From assembly GCF_964204645.1 (NCBI RefSeq), contig NC_134031.1, positions 2,666,001-2,730,000 of the forward strand: a stretch of DNA of 64,000 bases. Direction: 5' to 3'. Position numbers and translations under genes: made by a program. Position 1 is the first letter of the stretch; each line of letters starts with the position of its first letter. Under the pieces are notes generated by a model. The model had not been told where the DNA came from. It saw only the letters and a list, made by a program, of their open reading frames with translations, and made no database searches. Source of the stretch: Tubulanus polymorphus (taxonomy: Eukaryota > Animalia > Nemertea). Below are positions 12,080 through 27,000 of the stretch, one piece after another.

Positions 12080-15000
12080 TCATTCGAACGTTTCCCATTT
12101 AGGAGACGAGCGCGAAGATGTCGTGTTCGACGAGCTCATCGGTATACTACCGAACGGATCTAAAATCGAGTCATTAACGCTGGAAGATTCTAATACAGTA
12201 GATCTAGAAGAAGAGACCTGTATAACAGGCGATTGACGAGGTTTCAGAATCGGCGTAGCAGACGGCGATGATTGTATGAATTGTTGCGACGGCGCGAATG
12301 GACTAGTACTGAATGGATTGTTGATATTTTGACCCGTTTGACCGCCTGACGCGAACTGCTGCTGACCACCGGGGATCATTGGATAGTTCATTACCGGTCG
12401 TCCGGACATACCCGCCGGATAGTTCTGGTAACCCACGGCAGACGGCGCCGCTGCGACGTTTCGCGTAAGACTCGCGTTTTTCAGAGTCGTCGAAAAGTTC
12501 AAATTCCAGTCTTTGAGAAGATTCTCTTCGTCTTCGAGTTGTTTCGACTTGTTGCTGTCGGTCGACGACGTTTCCTGTTTGTTGACGAGCAGCGGGTCGA
12601 ACTCGAAGAAGTCGCTTTCGATCGAAGCTTTACGCGGCGCCGGTCGACTCTCGGCCGGTATTTTAAACGCCGGCGAACGTTTGATGGACGACTGGCGACG
12701 ATGCAAACAGCCGAGCATCTCAACCTCATCCTCGTCCTCATAACCTAAATAAACCTCTTTTAATTTATGCACGTTGCCGTAGTGATCGTTCTGTTGTTGT
12801 TGTTTTGCGGCGATCTCGAGCGATGATTCTAAACTCGAACTCGATTTATCGCGTTCGTCCGAACAACCGGCGAGCGAGAACGCCTCGTTCGCCGAACCTA
12901 AGTCGAAGTTATCGAACTGCGTCCATTGTTTCGCGGTGTTTTGATTATTCTCTGAGTTATTCATGAGCGAGGCGTCTGAATCAAATTTTATCAAAGACGC
13001 CGCGTCTTTTTGCATTTGAAGCGGTTTATGAGTTCGCGGCTTCGGTAACGGAGGCGGAACTTTCACGCGCAGCTCAACTTTATCGTCTGCCGTTAACACA
13101 CCCGCTGATGATTCGTTTTTGTCGACTTGCGATAGTTTTTTATGTCGGCGCGGAGGAGCAACCGGTGAAGCCGTGCTCACTACGGCAGCCGCCACTGAGG
13201 TAGAGTCTTCGCTACCGAATACACTGCTGCTGTCATCATCGTCTTCCTATAAAAACATCGATAAGACCGTTTAAAACCGTTTCATTCCGATACCCTTAAA
13301 CGCTGCAGTAAGAATGCCATCAAATTCAGGGCGGCAACTTTCCACCAATTTACAAATTTCTCTTGAGTTTGCCCTGATTTTTCCATGGTATAAAACAAAA
13401 TTCAAGGAAAAGATGCAACTTCGAAGGGGATGAGCATCAAATGTGAAGGTATCTACAACATCTATTACGGGTATAACAAAAAGGACAACCTCGATGAGTA
13501 GGCAGGGGTCTAGACCCCCTAAACCACCCCTGCAGTGTATAATTCCAATCAATCTGGTGCTGTTATAAATAGCTGTTACAGTACTAACCGCATCGAGCAT
13601 ATCCTCCATGCTGTATGATTTTTTTAGCGCTTGTTGTATATCGGGATCGTTCATTAAACCGACGCTGATTCGATTCGAGTCGGCTTTTATATCCATATCA
13701 TCCATAGATATCAGTTTATACTGACGACTTTTCCTGAAACAAACAAACAAAAGTTCAATGCTGTATTTTCTTATCCCGATCTTTTTGAAATCCATTAAGT
13801 TGGATAGAAATTCGTACAATAAACTCCGTTTACCCTGGAGTCGATTGCCTTGGATTTTCGGACCCATCCGTGCACCAACTGCCCAGGAATTTGTGTACCT
13901 CAGAGAGAAGTATTGGTCCAATGGCAAGCAGGGTTTGACACACTTGTTGTATATATTCAATGCAGACTGGGGCACTTACGTACAATATCCAGGAAAAAGT
14001 GTTTTACAATTGCAAGTTGGGAGTTTGAATTCAAGGAACTTACGCTACAACATTCATAGAAGCTGAAGTCTGTGGCCCGATAAAAGCGGTTCTTGGTCGT
14101 TCTTGGGGTGGAGGTCTGGGAGGCTGCAACATAGAGAGAGAGGTACATTTCACTACTGCTACACAATAAGATTTAAGCCATCAAAAAGTCGAACGATCTG
14201 AGACCTATTATTAATACATGTTTTAATTACTTCGAATATTTCTCAAACAAATCAACATTTTGTCACGCAAGTTAGAATCTAACCTAGCACAATATCAATC
14301 GACAACTTATTTATGGTAATTAGAAATATGATAACAAAGAACGATCAAATATTAATAGGAATAAATATATATGAACGGTTCCTGCAGTGCATGAGAGATT
14401 ATTGCTGTCATTTAAAAAGTAGGTTAATAGGATTAGCGATGAAATAAAAAGCACTTTTGAGAAAGAGACAATTTTGTCTTATAGATCCATACAACATTTT
14501 TGCAATGAAATCATTATGTTAAACACACAAACAAACACAATAAACAAAGACTTTTAAGCGGTGATTAATAATTTCAGAGAGTGCTATGGAGAGTGCAGAG
14601 AAAAAATAGTATACCTACGATGAAAAATTCATAAATGGCATAGTTTCTTTTAGAAAGAAAAAATACATGATACAATCATCCATTTATGAACATTTCGGAA
14701 TGAATATTGAAGGTGGAACAATATGGAGGATGAATAACATATCGTGAATAAATATGATGGAGATAAAACTGCTGTGCACCGAATACAAATATGAAGATTA
14801 CAGTTGCTATTCAACTACTTGATATGAAAAAGTACCATATTCACGAATACAAAATCGAATAATACTGTTTGAATCGGATGAATTACCTTGAAGAAGTCAT
14901 CGAACTTAATGAAAACACAGGCATCGATGATGTTAGATAAAAATTTAGCAAAGCGAAAATACCAAGTAAAAACTGCTAATGTATAAATTCATTCACAATG

Positions 15001-18000
15001 ATGATGATGATGAAGACAATGGGGACAATAAAATGAAGCTAAATGTGGTTTCGATATCAAGCACTTACTGCGGTAAGCGAGGAAGTGACACAAATTCAAA
15101 AGCAGCAACAGTGCTCGTAATAAGATGTAAATAATTTTGTTTATAAGTACTATGATAAAGTATAAAACATTGTACAAGTAGTAATGTAAAGTATAAAACA
15201 TTGTGCAAGTACTTATGGTAAAGTATAAAACTTTCAGCAGGTACTTATGGTAAAGTATATAACCTTGTACTACAGTTAAGTATAAAACATCGTACAGGTA
15301 ATATGGAATAGTGTAAAACTTTGACAAATACTTATAGTAAAGTATGAAATTTTGAACTAATGGTAAGGTATATAACATTGTTTATATGTACTTGTGACGG
15401 GTTCTATAATGGAGTTAATGAATTGTGGGTCGATTATAGGGAGGTCTGGGATCTAGAAGTGACATGAATGCAGTTTCGAACGGGACAAAGTGGCAAATAT
15501 CTGATGAATGAAGTGTTTACTAGCGATGTTCATAGTTAGACTTACTCGTTGCATTTTCAGAGGCTCAGAATAAACCGTAATCGGTCGATCGAGCGTTGAA
15601 CTGCGACCGAGCGGTTTATGACCGATCGAGCTGCTCGACTGAAACAAGCGAAAGTTGTCATCATCCTTTAGAAGCCATTGTGTAGTAGAAACCGGACCAC
15701 GAGTGTTAGCAGCGTTAATTCAGACAGATAGAGAGAGAAACAGATAGATGTTAGAACAAGCATACTTTAATGCAACACACATTGTCAGTTTCTTTATCCA
15801 GTGGATGGTATGATTAAGCTATGGGTAATTGTTTAATCAACAAAAAATGATTTGCACCACAGATCCCAATATAAAGTATACAGCCCCCATAATGTTTTAC
15901 AGTTATTTTGGGCAATTCACTGTCCATAGACCTAATCTAGCAAGACTCCACTCCCCTTTAAACCTAACAATCCTTGTGAATTGACCAAATTCAAATGAAG
16001 AGATATCAAGAATTCTGACCCTGAAAAAACAAAGTCTCTACCAGGAAAATTGACAATTTCTACAAGCTTTAAAAATTATTCGAAAATCAATTTTTTCCCT
16101 GAGAAGCGCGCAGGACAAGTGGTTAGGACACAGAGGTTAGAATAAAGTAACGATATATACGGTTAAATTTCAAATGTTAGTAGCTATCAGTAGCTATAGC
16201 TATTAGAGGTCAGGTAGCTATAAGAGGTCACTTACTCTTTCTAAATGTCTGATATGTTCAATAGATAAAGTACGTGTTCGAACTAATGGCGACTTCGGCA
16301 AACGTTCCTAGCAGATATATATATATATATATAATATTGTCTTTTAAGAAGCAGATGACGTAGAACAAGTTGAAACCATGTTGCATGAAACTCTTAAAAT
16401 GCTGCTGTTGTACATCATTATCGCTGCTACCAGACAAGCATTTTTGGCTGGCACTAGATTTGGCCTGACTAAAAACGTCAGACAGGGGCCAGTTGCTCAA
16501 AACATGGTTAGAGTTAACCAGTGGATAGATGACATAGTGATTATCAAAAATTCATTGTTACTATGGTAATTATCCACTGGTTATCTTAAACCAAGTTTTG
16601 AGCAACTGGGCCCTGGCCCGTGTGGCCCAAATTTCAGTAGGGCACGAACAATGGCACAACGTTTGCCACCGTGATTTAAACAATAGGGCAAAAAATGCTC
16701 CAAATGAAATACGATAGTGACTTGGTTACAAAGACGGGAAAAAATTGAACCAGCTCTCTTACTTTGGGGACAGCCAGAAGCAATTATGTGACTTCGCATA
16801 GCAATTCATGGAAAATATCCCTCCGTAAACATCAGTTAGATCTACAAAATCTTCTCCAAGATCTTGCACCATGTGTTATTCTATCAAGTATCAAAAATCT
16901 AAGGAAATCCTCATTATTAACAAGCTTTTTCGAGTAGCATGCACTTCTAATAAAATCTCAAGTCCAATCCAATCCAAGGGTCAGGCATCAAACAAGGCAG
17001 AGCCCTCTACTTTCCGATAAACGAACTAATTCTTTGCAGTGAACAATGCAAGGGTAAAATGCATCAATATAAAAGATTCACCCAAGGTTGACTGATTTCT
17101 ATGTGGAACGTTGAGTCGACTCCGATGTCCTAATAAATAATAATAGAAGAATGATCTTCATGCATGGATTAGATTACGAGTATCCTCTATTAGCAGGGAT
17201 TCAAGGGAGGATGTGTTTACTAGGGTAAGGGTTTCTGGCGGAGTCTCATGATTTTAATCGCGATGAGGGAGGATGGGTCTATTAAGGCAGGGGTTCATAT
17301 TCGAACCCTTTCTGAGGTAAGACAGAATAATAATTATGATATTCATCAGGCAATCCGGATATAACGACGCATGCTTGAAATAATTCATTTATTATACCGT
17401 ATTCACAGCCGAGGCGTCGCTGATCGCAGGCTCCGACGCCGCTAAGAAATCTACCTATGTATTCACGATAGCACAGCAATATAGATAGAAAAACATCGTT
17501 AATGACTAATTAACTCGTTAATAACTAAACGTGTACTATGTAAATATAGCTTCGCGGTACATATTTTTTAATTTTTTTACCCCCGCAAACACATGGTAGA
17601 GATATCATTCCCAATCGTAACAATTTCTCCAGATCCATAAAAATATATATAACAAGCACGTTGAATATTTCTACAGTAGGACGTAACAGTCGGCAAAACC
17701 CGTTTCTAGTTGAAGCTGTTAAGTTCTTCTGCTCAAAAAGCCAGGATCCAGTTCCACAGTTCCGAGTTAAGATTCGACTTGAGTCAAAACATTGAAAATT
17801 TTAACTCAAGAGTTAAATCTAACTCACAACTGTGTTACGGGATCCAGTTCCACAGTTGTGAGTTAGAGTTAACTCTGAATCAAAATCGGTTCATGTTAAA
17901 TGTGTCAAATCCTAACTTTTTGAACTGCTGAAATGGGTCCAGTTCTACTTAAGTATCCCCTTTAGAATTTGACCGCACAACTGTCTGAATAACTGGAAAT

Positions 18001-21000
18001 GAATTGATACTGGTCCGGGACGGTTGAGATATTTTACCTTGCGCAGATCTTCAATTTTCAAACGCAGTCCTCTCACCGCCTTCTTTCCTTTGCTTTTCAC
18101 CTTGAAATTACAACAAAAATAAAATCTTTCTATGCCACGAAAAAAAGGAAATCATTGCAGCAATATTGCTCAGTTTTAATGAATAACTAAGAAAACAGAG
18201 TCGGCTGGTACATGTGTAGTTAATAATGGCAAGTATAAAATGGGCTGGGAAAATATTAAATGAATAAACTTTGAAAATGCTTACAGTTTTTACAGCTGAT
18301 TTCACGGCTGGATTCGCCTACAAAAGAGAGAACAATATCGAATGCATGCGTTTATATTTTACTTCTCATTCATTACGGGATTGAGAGAACGATTATGTAA
18401 TGTTTTAGACGGCCACCAAAAAAAATCTACGATTAAAGAAAAAAATGTCCTGCGAAGATAGAAAATCGAAAATAAGAATGATTTCTAAAAATAATTAAGT
18501 ATTCAATGAATTAAGTTTGCAAATATCAATTAGGTGAGGTGAGTTTGTTGGTTATTTCGTTTATTGCCCCTTGGGTTCGTTCTAGAATGAAGCCAAATGT
18601 TTTAAGTTTGTTCGATTGGTTATAGGACCAAATTGAGCTTAGGTTGGTCACATCTTACCAAGCCCAAACCCCAGCTCAGCTCTTCTTGGTTGTGCGAGAC
18701 TAAACTCGAAATATAAACTGCGCGACAGGGCCAGTTGCTTGACCGATTCCAAAATGGAATTTAACTTTATCAAAGTTTCCATTCAAACTTGAAGAAATGG
18801 TGCTTTCTAAGATTTTTTAAACTCAGAAAAAACTGCAAACTCTTTGTCCCTTCTAATTAATATAGCCTGAATACAGCTTATATTACAGTTAACTCTTAAA
18901 ATTAAATATTGTATCTGAAATATGCGTGTGTACAGTATAGATATATTATATCTAGGTATTAAGTACGTCTAAATACTATCATTAGTCACTACTTGTGTCT
19001 ATTTGAATTTGCGAAAAGTTTGCGTATAAGAACATTAGTAGTTTAAGGGTAAATATGGCAAGTACGTTTACTTAATGACGCACAGACAAACACTATTCAA
19101 AACCGGGACAAAAATACACCCTTTATACAGATCAAATTTTCTTAAATCAACACCATGGCCGAGGCCTACTACATAACAAATAGTCATATAAAAACCGACT
19201 TTGATACAAATTTCAGATGAAGAGAATTTTCTAACAAAAAAAACATATCTAATCATCTTCATAAACTTTCAATTATAAAAAGAAATTCATTTGATTATTA
19301 CTGGTAGATTAATCATTGATTTCAATACGAAAATTCTTTCATCGTACCGTGTTTCTTTTCTATAGTTGCACATAGAGGGTTTTTATTTTTCGTCTATTTT
19401 AACTATAACAACCTTTTCTTTTTATACATAATATATTTTTGGGGTATCAAAACAGAGCTTGTCCAAAACCTGTCGGTAAAACCGGGGATTTCTGATCGGA
19501 ATAAATGAATGAAGGGAAGGATGATCGGACACAGTAATACAGATTCCTTCAATATAATCCAGGCAGGGAAACGTATCCTCAATAGGCGTCCCCAAGGGCG
19601 GTGCAGGGGGTAGCGGACGCACCCCCTTTTCGAGATAGCTAACTTCTCAAGATACTATGTAATCAATGTTCAAGATTTTTCTTGCCAATTTGACCAGACT
19701 TTTAACTCTAAAATGATTCATCTAGAGCCTGGAAAACGTCTCTAGCTAAAGCCTCCAATTTTCACAAAGTTTTTTGGGGAAGGCCCACCAAACACCCAAC
19801 ATTGTGGATAGGCCTACTGGATTGATGCTTATTCGAACCCCCTATGAAGATTTCTGGGGACGCCTATGATCCTGAGGCCAGTTTTATAGACTGGTATTGA
19901 CTTAAACTCAGGGGTCAGTTGCACAGTCATCATGGCATAGATTTATGACTTGTCTTAAACAAACTAATTTCTAAAGTCATAATGACAACTTATGACCAGT
20001 CTTAGGAGGACTTTAGCCACAACTGAGCAACTGGGTTCAAGGGCTATTTTCGATTGAAATTGAATCGAGTTAGCCGGAAGTTGAATTAAGTTAACAACCA
20101 GTCTATAAAACGTTAAATGGATCCTGATAGGTAACTTGTACATAGAAGATTGGACAAGAGTGTGCTATGAAAATTCAAATTCGTATTTCAAAAGAAGACA
20201 AATTTCTAAATACATGCTTCATTTCATCACTGCTGAGACCTATAGATCATCGAAGTTGCTTACAACACGTAGGATTGAGTAACAGAGGAATTGAATTTTT
20301 CTTTTGATAATTAATTTCTATTTCTAGTTTGGGGTTTGGGTAAAAAAGAATCCAACGAAACCCTTGTTACCATTGCGAGGCTGTTAAAAGAGCGAGAATA
20401 TAGAATTTCTAAAATAGTGTAAAATATCTATGAATCGGAACAGAGCAATTTGAAAATAAATCTGATTGATCTATCAAATCTGTGGAATTACTGGGTATAA
20501 CTCATGCCCTGCAGCTCTTGGAGGATGGAAAGCTATTGGTCTCCTCTGCCCATCGGGTACCCTAGCAAACAGATTCTGATGGGTATGAGGCTTGTGGTTA
20601 CTCCTGTGACAGGATCCTGGGCAGGGAATCCACAGTGAATCGAGCCAGGTGCTTGGATCTGAACTTTGATCACATAATCGTTTTTGACCCATGCAACATT
20701 TGCCATCCTACATCAGACCAAACCCATGCCAAATTCAAGGATTCAAATTATTCCTGTGTGAATGGTAACTGACAAGCCTCACTTGCCACAGAATTGTTTT
20801 GAGGTAATGAGTGAGTGAATTTGACTTGGGTCTGATCTGAGTCGGTGTTTGAGCAGGGCCAAAATTGTCTCAGTGTGATAGCAGTACCTTCATCGCAAAA
20901 TACACCTGAATCAGTAGCAAATCAGAGATGTTTGTCTATCGCTCTGTTCTGTTCATTCTCCAGCCCAAGCTAATCATTTGACAAATGATAAAATACCGTG

Positions 21001-24000
21001 TTCATACCAACCAGAGGAGAGCCATAAATAACAGGTGGAATACGCATAAGTACAGAGGTATTACAGGCTGCACTGGCGTTATCAGGTTTAATTATCAATT
21101 AATGCCACCAGTAACATCTAGAACAATGTTATCAGGCATTGTTATGCATGTATGAAGCATTAGCTAAACGAAGGCAGGTTAGGTTAAGTATTCTAACTAA
21201 TAACCTCATCAGGACTGGGATAGAATGCATCTAGGATATATACAGTAAATCAGTTCCTGCTGTTACAGTAACTAGAATAACCAGGTTGCGGAATAGGGCC
21301 TATATGTCCCCTTGCTGAAATGCAGAGCTCTGTTGCAGGCAAAAACTTTAAGCTAAAAAGTTAAAAGGGGCTTAATTCATAACAGTAGTGTTTAGTCGTT
21401 AACTAGACGATAGAAGCAAATGACTGATCTTAAAACTACAGATAAGCCTTCACTGCATGATTGCCTGTACAGCTAGTTGCATTGATTACTGCTGTGTAAC
21501 TGGCCCCGGGTACAAAGGTCGTAGTTTGTTAGCTGTGGCTATAAAACCAAAAGACCAGTCTCGACCTTCACTGCGCAATGGCTCCGATCGGGGTCAAATC
21601 ATAATCACAAAATCATCATCGGTCAAATGACCAGCTAGAGCCGGAATAAAATGGTTGCTATAAAAACTCACTACTCTTCGTCGTGGACCTGATGAACAGC
21701 CGTACGAACACGTAGCAAAACTCTTCACCTATAGGGGGCGATACATGCATTTTGTAACATTTTTCTCCGTCGAATTGCCGTGAAATGAGTAACTGAATAT
21801 CTCTTAAACTAATCTACGTATGTGTGTCGAGGTTTTAAACGCAAAAAGCTGAATATTGTTGAAAATTATCGACTAATTTCACGATAAAAATGTCTCATAG
21901 AATGAATCTGATAACAAAAAAAGAAAGACATTCGTGCTACTCGAAAACATCATCAATTATGGGCCAGGGACAATTATTGAAATTTGTAGAATCTGAAGTG
22001 GCAGTAATTAGAAGGGCTGTAGTTTGTTAATAGGTACATATGTTTATAATTGAAATCATAATGATGGATCATAGAATTGGACGGAGGGGATTGGGGACGC
22101 GGAAATGGTAGCTACATGTATAAAAGGGGTGCTTTTAACTGTGATGGAATAACAGAAAAAACACAACATTGAGTAGTCATCAATACATCAAGTCATACAA
22201 AAACAAAGACATCATTTCTGAAGTTATATACATTCAGGTATGATCAAGTCATTAAGGAAGTTTAAAAATAATGAAGGAGTTTTTGAAGGCTGCAGGTTTT
22301 AAGGTCAATCAGAGATGTAGGCACTATTGATATACACAGTTATATCAGCTTCTTACCTTGCTCGTAAATTCTACCCATTTATCTTTACTTTCTTGCTTGA
22401 TCTTTTTACCTTGTTTCTAAAATGAAATGTAGCAATGGCTGCTTAGTATTTAGGCCTCTTCTGTGGCATTTTATAACATGATGGCATCGTAAATACTCAA
22501 GTCACAGTACACACCCCTGCCATAGTAGACCCACCCTCCCTCAAGAAGAATTCGAATCGGATAGCATCACGAGACTCACAATAGAAAGGCAGCCCGCTGG
22601 GATTTAAACATAATGGAATCCCTGTCACACTTAAACGTCCTACCCTAATAGACACAAACCCCTGTCCTAGATGAGCCTTATCATTCATATCGCATTAACT
22701 CAAATTAGCTAGTAATCAAATGTATATTTTATATTACTGATACGTACTTTCATGTTAGTATACCAGTCTTTATACAGACTCTGCATGCTGCCACTCTTAT
22801 CCTGCCACGTGTTAGCCTCGATTTCAAACTCATCTGCCGTGAAACCGTGGCCTGAATTCAGTATCGACAAACGGTCGCTGATGAACTATAAAGAGAGACC
22901 AATATTAAACAGTGGTGAATTTTCTTTTTCAATTAATGGAAATGCAAAAGTTGAGAAATCATCTAAGTAAAGATATGAGAAATTGGCTGCAGTTAGGCCT
23001 ACAGCGCAGAGGAGTAATTCAATGCTGGAAAGAGTAGTTCAAATTATCTTTAGAAAAATATCTGGGGCCAGTTGCTCAAAAGATGGTTAGAGTTTACCAG
23101 TGGATAGTTGACGTAGTGACGATCAGAAGTTTATTGTTAATATGGTATTTATCGGCCGGTTATCTTTAACCAACCTTTGAACAATTGCAACCCCTGATAT
23201 TTAGAACCGACAACCACCCAACTACGTACCTGTTCGAATATTTGAAGGTCGAGAATTTTCTCGAGAAACGGCTGCATACTCGGCGGACGAGATTGTAGAA
23301 ACGCGTCGCGATCGAACGTGATTTCTTCGCCTTCTCGGAATTTCAACGCGTCTCGATATCCACCTGAAAGACAATAAGATGAATACATGTGCAAATCGAT
23401 ATCTCGAGTTATACGATATCTCGAGTTATACGATATCTCGAGTTATACGATATCTCGAGTTATACGTTATCTCGAGTTATACGATATCTCGAGTTATAAG
23501 ATATCTCGAGTTATACGTTATCTCGAGTTATATGATATCTCGAGTTATACGATATCTCGAGTTATACGATATCTCGAGTTATACGATATCTCGAGTTATA
23601 CGATATCTCGAGTTATACGATATCTCGAGTTATACGATATCTCGAGTTATACGATATCTCGAGTTATACGATATCTCGAGTTACACGATATCTCGAATAC
23701 TAGCTTGAGTAATATTACCGATTAAAGCAACCAAAGCTCGTAGAAATGCCCTGGCAACTCCATCTCCGCACAACGTCGTCTGGTTCTTTATCTTATCGGT
23801 TTGTTGTCCTTTCAGTGACTTTTTCAACGCCGAGACCTACAATAAGAAATATAAATGGCTTACAAATTCATTCAGCAGTTAATTTTGAAAGGTTTTCGAA
23901 AATCGGCATACAATTTCCGGCGGAAGCGTCTCCAAATCGTCGTATTCAGACGTTACAGTGTTGTTATCAGCATCCAACACGACCGCGTCTCCTAACTCCA

Positions 24001-27000
24001 TTTTACAAGCTTTCTGAAATAATTTCAAGGTAAACTTTGCATAATTTTGATCCAATTCAGACATTGCACTCATACAGGAATCAATCTGCAGCCTGTACCA
24101 CTTCAATCATCATTTGATGGGAGGAAGTCCGGACGATCTGATTTTCCATATTCGAGGATAGAGTTTCTATGTCTTTGTGGGTTTTGAATAGAAATGCCAG
24201 TCCCAATAGAAGTCCCAGTCCAGGGTTCATAGTAGAAAGGCTGAGGCAAAATTAAGCACTTTCTAAGGATGTGACTCCGACAACAGATTGAATAATGTAA
24301 TGCCAATTCTATAGTCTAAGACAAGTTTAAACGTTTGATCAGAAAGGACAGAAAAATACATAAACCGACCTGCATGAGAGTGGAATGAATACCGATAATG
24401 AAAGGCATCGGAGCGCTGACGTAATCAATCAGATGAACGGGAAGAACAGGGATGTATAAATGCTGCCAGTGCATCGGATAAATGAGCGCAGCGCTGCCGT
24501 GAACACAGGCCGTCAGACGACTTAATCTCTGAGACGTGATCAGTATTCTTCTCTCATACAACATACTAATAGAAATATACACACACATGAGTTTAATAAT
24601 AGAGATGATATACATGGAAAACTGTTTATACACATTAAATGAATTTATACGTGAATGAATGAATGAACACGTGAAATAATAAATGCACATGTGAAATAAT
24701 GAATGAGCATATGAGAATGAACATGTGAAGTAATGAATGAACATGTGAAATAATGAATGCATATGTGAATTAATGAATGAACATGTGAAATAATAAATGA
24801 ACTTGTGAATCAATGAATATACAGGAAATGAATGAACATGTAGATTGTATGAATTAATGAATGAACAAGTTAATTAATGAATGAACATATGTGAGAATGA
24901 ACATGTGAATCAATGAATGAACATATGAATGAATGAATGAATGAATGTTGGAAATTCGAGAGATTTACCTAGCGAATATGACCATCATGTTATAAGGGTC
25001 GACTGCTGTGTAATATTCCGTGAGATTTCTCTGAAAAATACGATGAATACAAAATTAATTCATGCGACTGATTATAATGTTTACAGTAACAGCGTTTGAT
25101 CGTAAACTTACGCTATCGGGAATTTTTGGCAACTTTGTAGGATCCGGAGCGGTGAATGAAAAATGCTGAAACGACATCGACAGTTTTGAAATTTAAATCG
25201 GACAATAGCACAGGGAAAATCAAATTTCATTCAATTATCTTTCAGAGGTATAGTTTTCACCAGATATAAACCGAGCTCTTTGAGAACATGTGCTCAAATA
25301 CTAAAGCTGTGTCTAGAAAGCGTCCAAAATTGATAGTTTAACGATACCTGAGTGCAACACGAAGAAATAACTTCCACTTTTCCATCATGCGATGTCGGCA
25401 CAAAAAGGTCGTGGATACTTTTAAGGAGAGGCGACACGTTGTTGTGGTCGGTTTTATTGAGAATTTCAGCCAATGCGTTCAGCAGCTTGTAGAAGACTTC
25501 GTACCACGGTAGAAAACTGTGTGCGGATTAAGAAATGTGATTGATGTTAAATGATTTTACAATAATTGACTCTTATAGGCTTTTTTCACATTTCTTTTTG
25601 AAAGCAAAATACAAGGATCTTTCATATAATTTTTTCACATCAAGGTACAATAAGATAAGCGGTCACTGATCACATTCTGGGCAGATTAAAATAAAATATC
25701 TTTTTGAAGTGCATTGATTCTGAGCTCGTCTGAATACGGCATGGAAAGGGCACCACAATATTTTGACGGATATTTTTCTAGAATCTTCACACATTTTCAT
25801 GATTTCTCATGTATTTTTTTTCACAATCATTTCAAGCAGATATCTATTTTTCACATTTTTCACGACATTTACTGGAAACAATAGCAGACAAATTTTGTAA
25901 TTATAATAATCTTACCTGACAATACAGAGGCAAGTATTCGCACCAGTTGTGTAACGACAAAACCCGAATTTCAATTTGCTTTCGACATCCGTCAGTACGA
26001 AAGTGAAATGGTCAACATTTTGGCTGCGAAAAGACAGAATACTTTGATAAAAGTCTGTGATTGTGGGATGTAAGAGCATGACAAGCATAAAACAGGGTAT
26101 CAGATAATGGTAGTTCAATTCTAATTATGCTGAAAACTTTATAAACTATCATTTGACAAGCATAAAACAAGGAATCAGGCAGTTTAGGTGAAAACCTTTT
26201 TTTAGGTAAGACTAGCCCGTGAGATTGAAGCTTACCATTCAAATGCACATGGGAACGTAAATTCCGGGATCGTTTTCAAAACAACCTGAAAAAGAAAGGG
26301 AACAATTTCTATTTATATTTAGAACTTTGACAAGGCAAATCATGAAGATAAATTACAAACCTCATCATCATATTCCTCGGGAAACTTCTGCAGAATAAAA
26401 GGCTCTGTAAAGATAAATCATACGAAGTTCAGAGATTTAGATCGAATATTGTTAGTCATCGTTTCTAAATTTCACTAACGTTAAAAGACAATCATCTGGA
26501 ATATGTTTCATTGAACCACTGACCAATCAAACAGAATCATGCTGTCTCTGTAACTCATAAGTGCAATAATTTGCCAAAAAATATCCATAATATATAAAAT
26601 ATATAAGTTTTACATCTGCTTCAAAATCATTTTCATTCATTAAGAGTTTCATGATTAATCAATTTCTAGGATATATATAGTAAATAGCTGTGAGAATGTT
26701 TTAATGGTCAAGTGGTTTTAAATGCTGAATTTCAAATGATTTATTCTCGAATTAAGGGCTTACCTCCGTCGGGAACTGAAGGGCGACCAACCTCGGCGAA
26801 GACTTCAAAAATCTTGTCAGGATTTTCCCTAAATGAAAAACATGGGTAAGACTGACTGCAGTTGAGGTGGGTTTTCTGCACTAGTGTCATGAAACCAACT
26901 TAGTTTAGTGTCTTATTTTACAGATGTGAAGCCCGACATTCATCACACCACAAACTATTTCATTTTTGCGGAGCCCTTATAAACTCCACAAACATTTTCA

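Noticed and set aside
13271-13975. 234-aa ORF
   Set aside because: Only ~13589-13733 is a real DENND1 exon; the rest is intron read-through
14989-15378. 129-aa Tyr-rich ORF
   Set aside because: Translation of an intronic ~32-bp minisatellite
21689-21720. CTGATGA motifs here and at ~7957 as hammerhead or C/D snoRNA candidates
   Set aside because: No stem II plus GAAA, and no convincing paired C/D boxes with a terminal stem
23379-23725. Repetitive ORFs (ISRVIRYLELYD...) and CRISPR-like appearance
   Set aside because: Head-to-tail 17-bp repeats with no spacers, inside a eukaryotic intron
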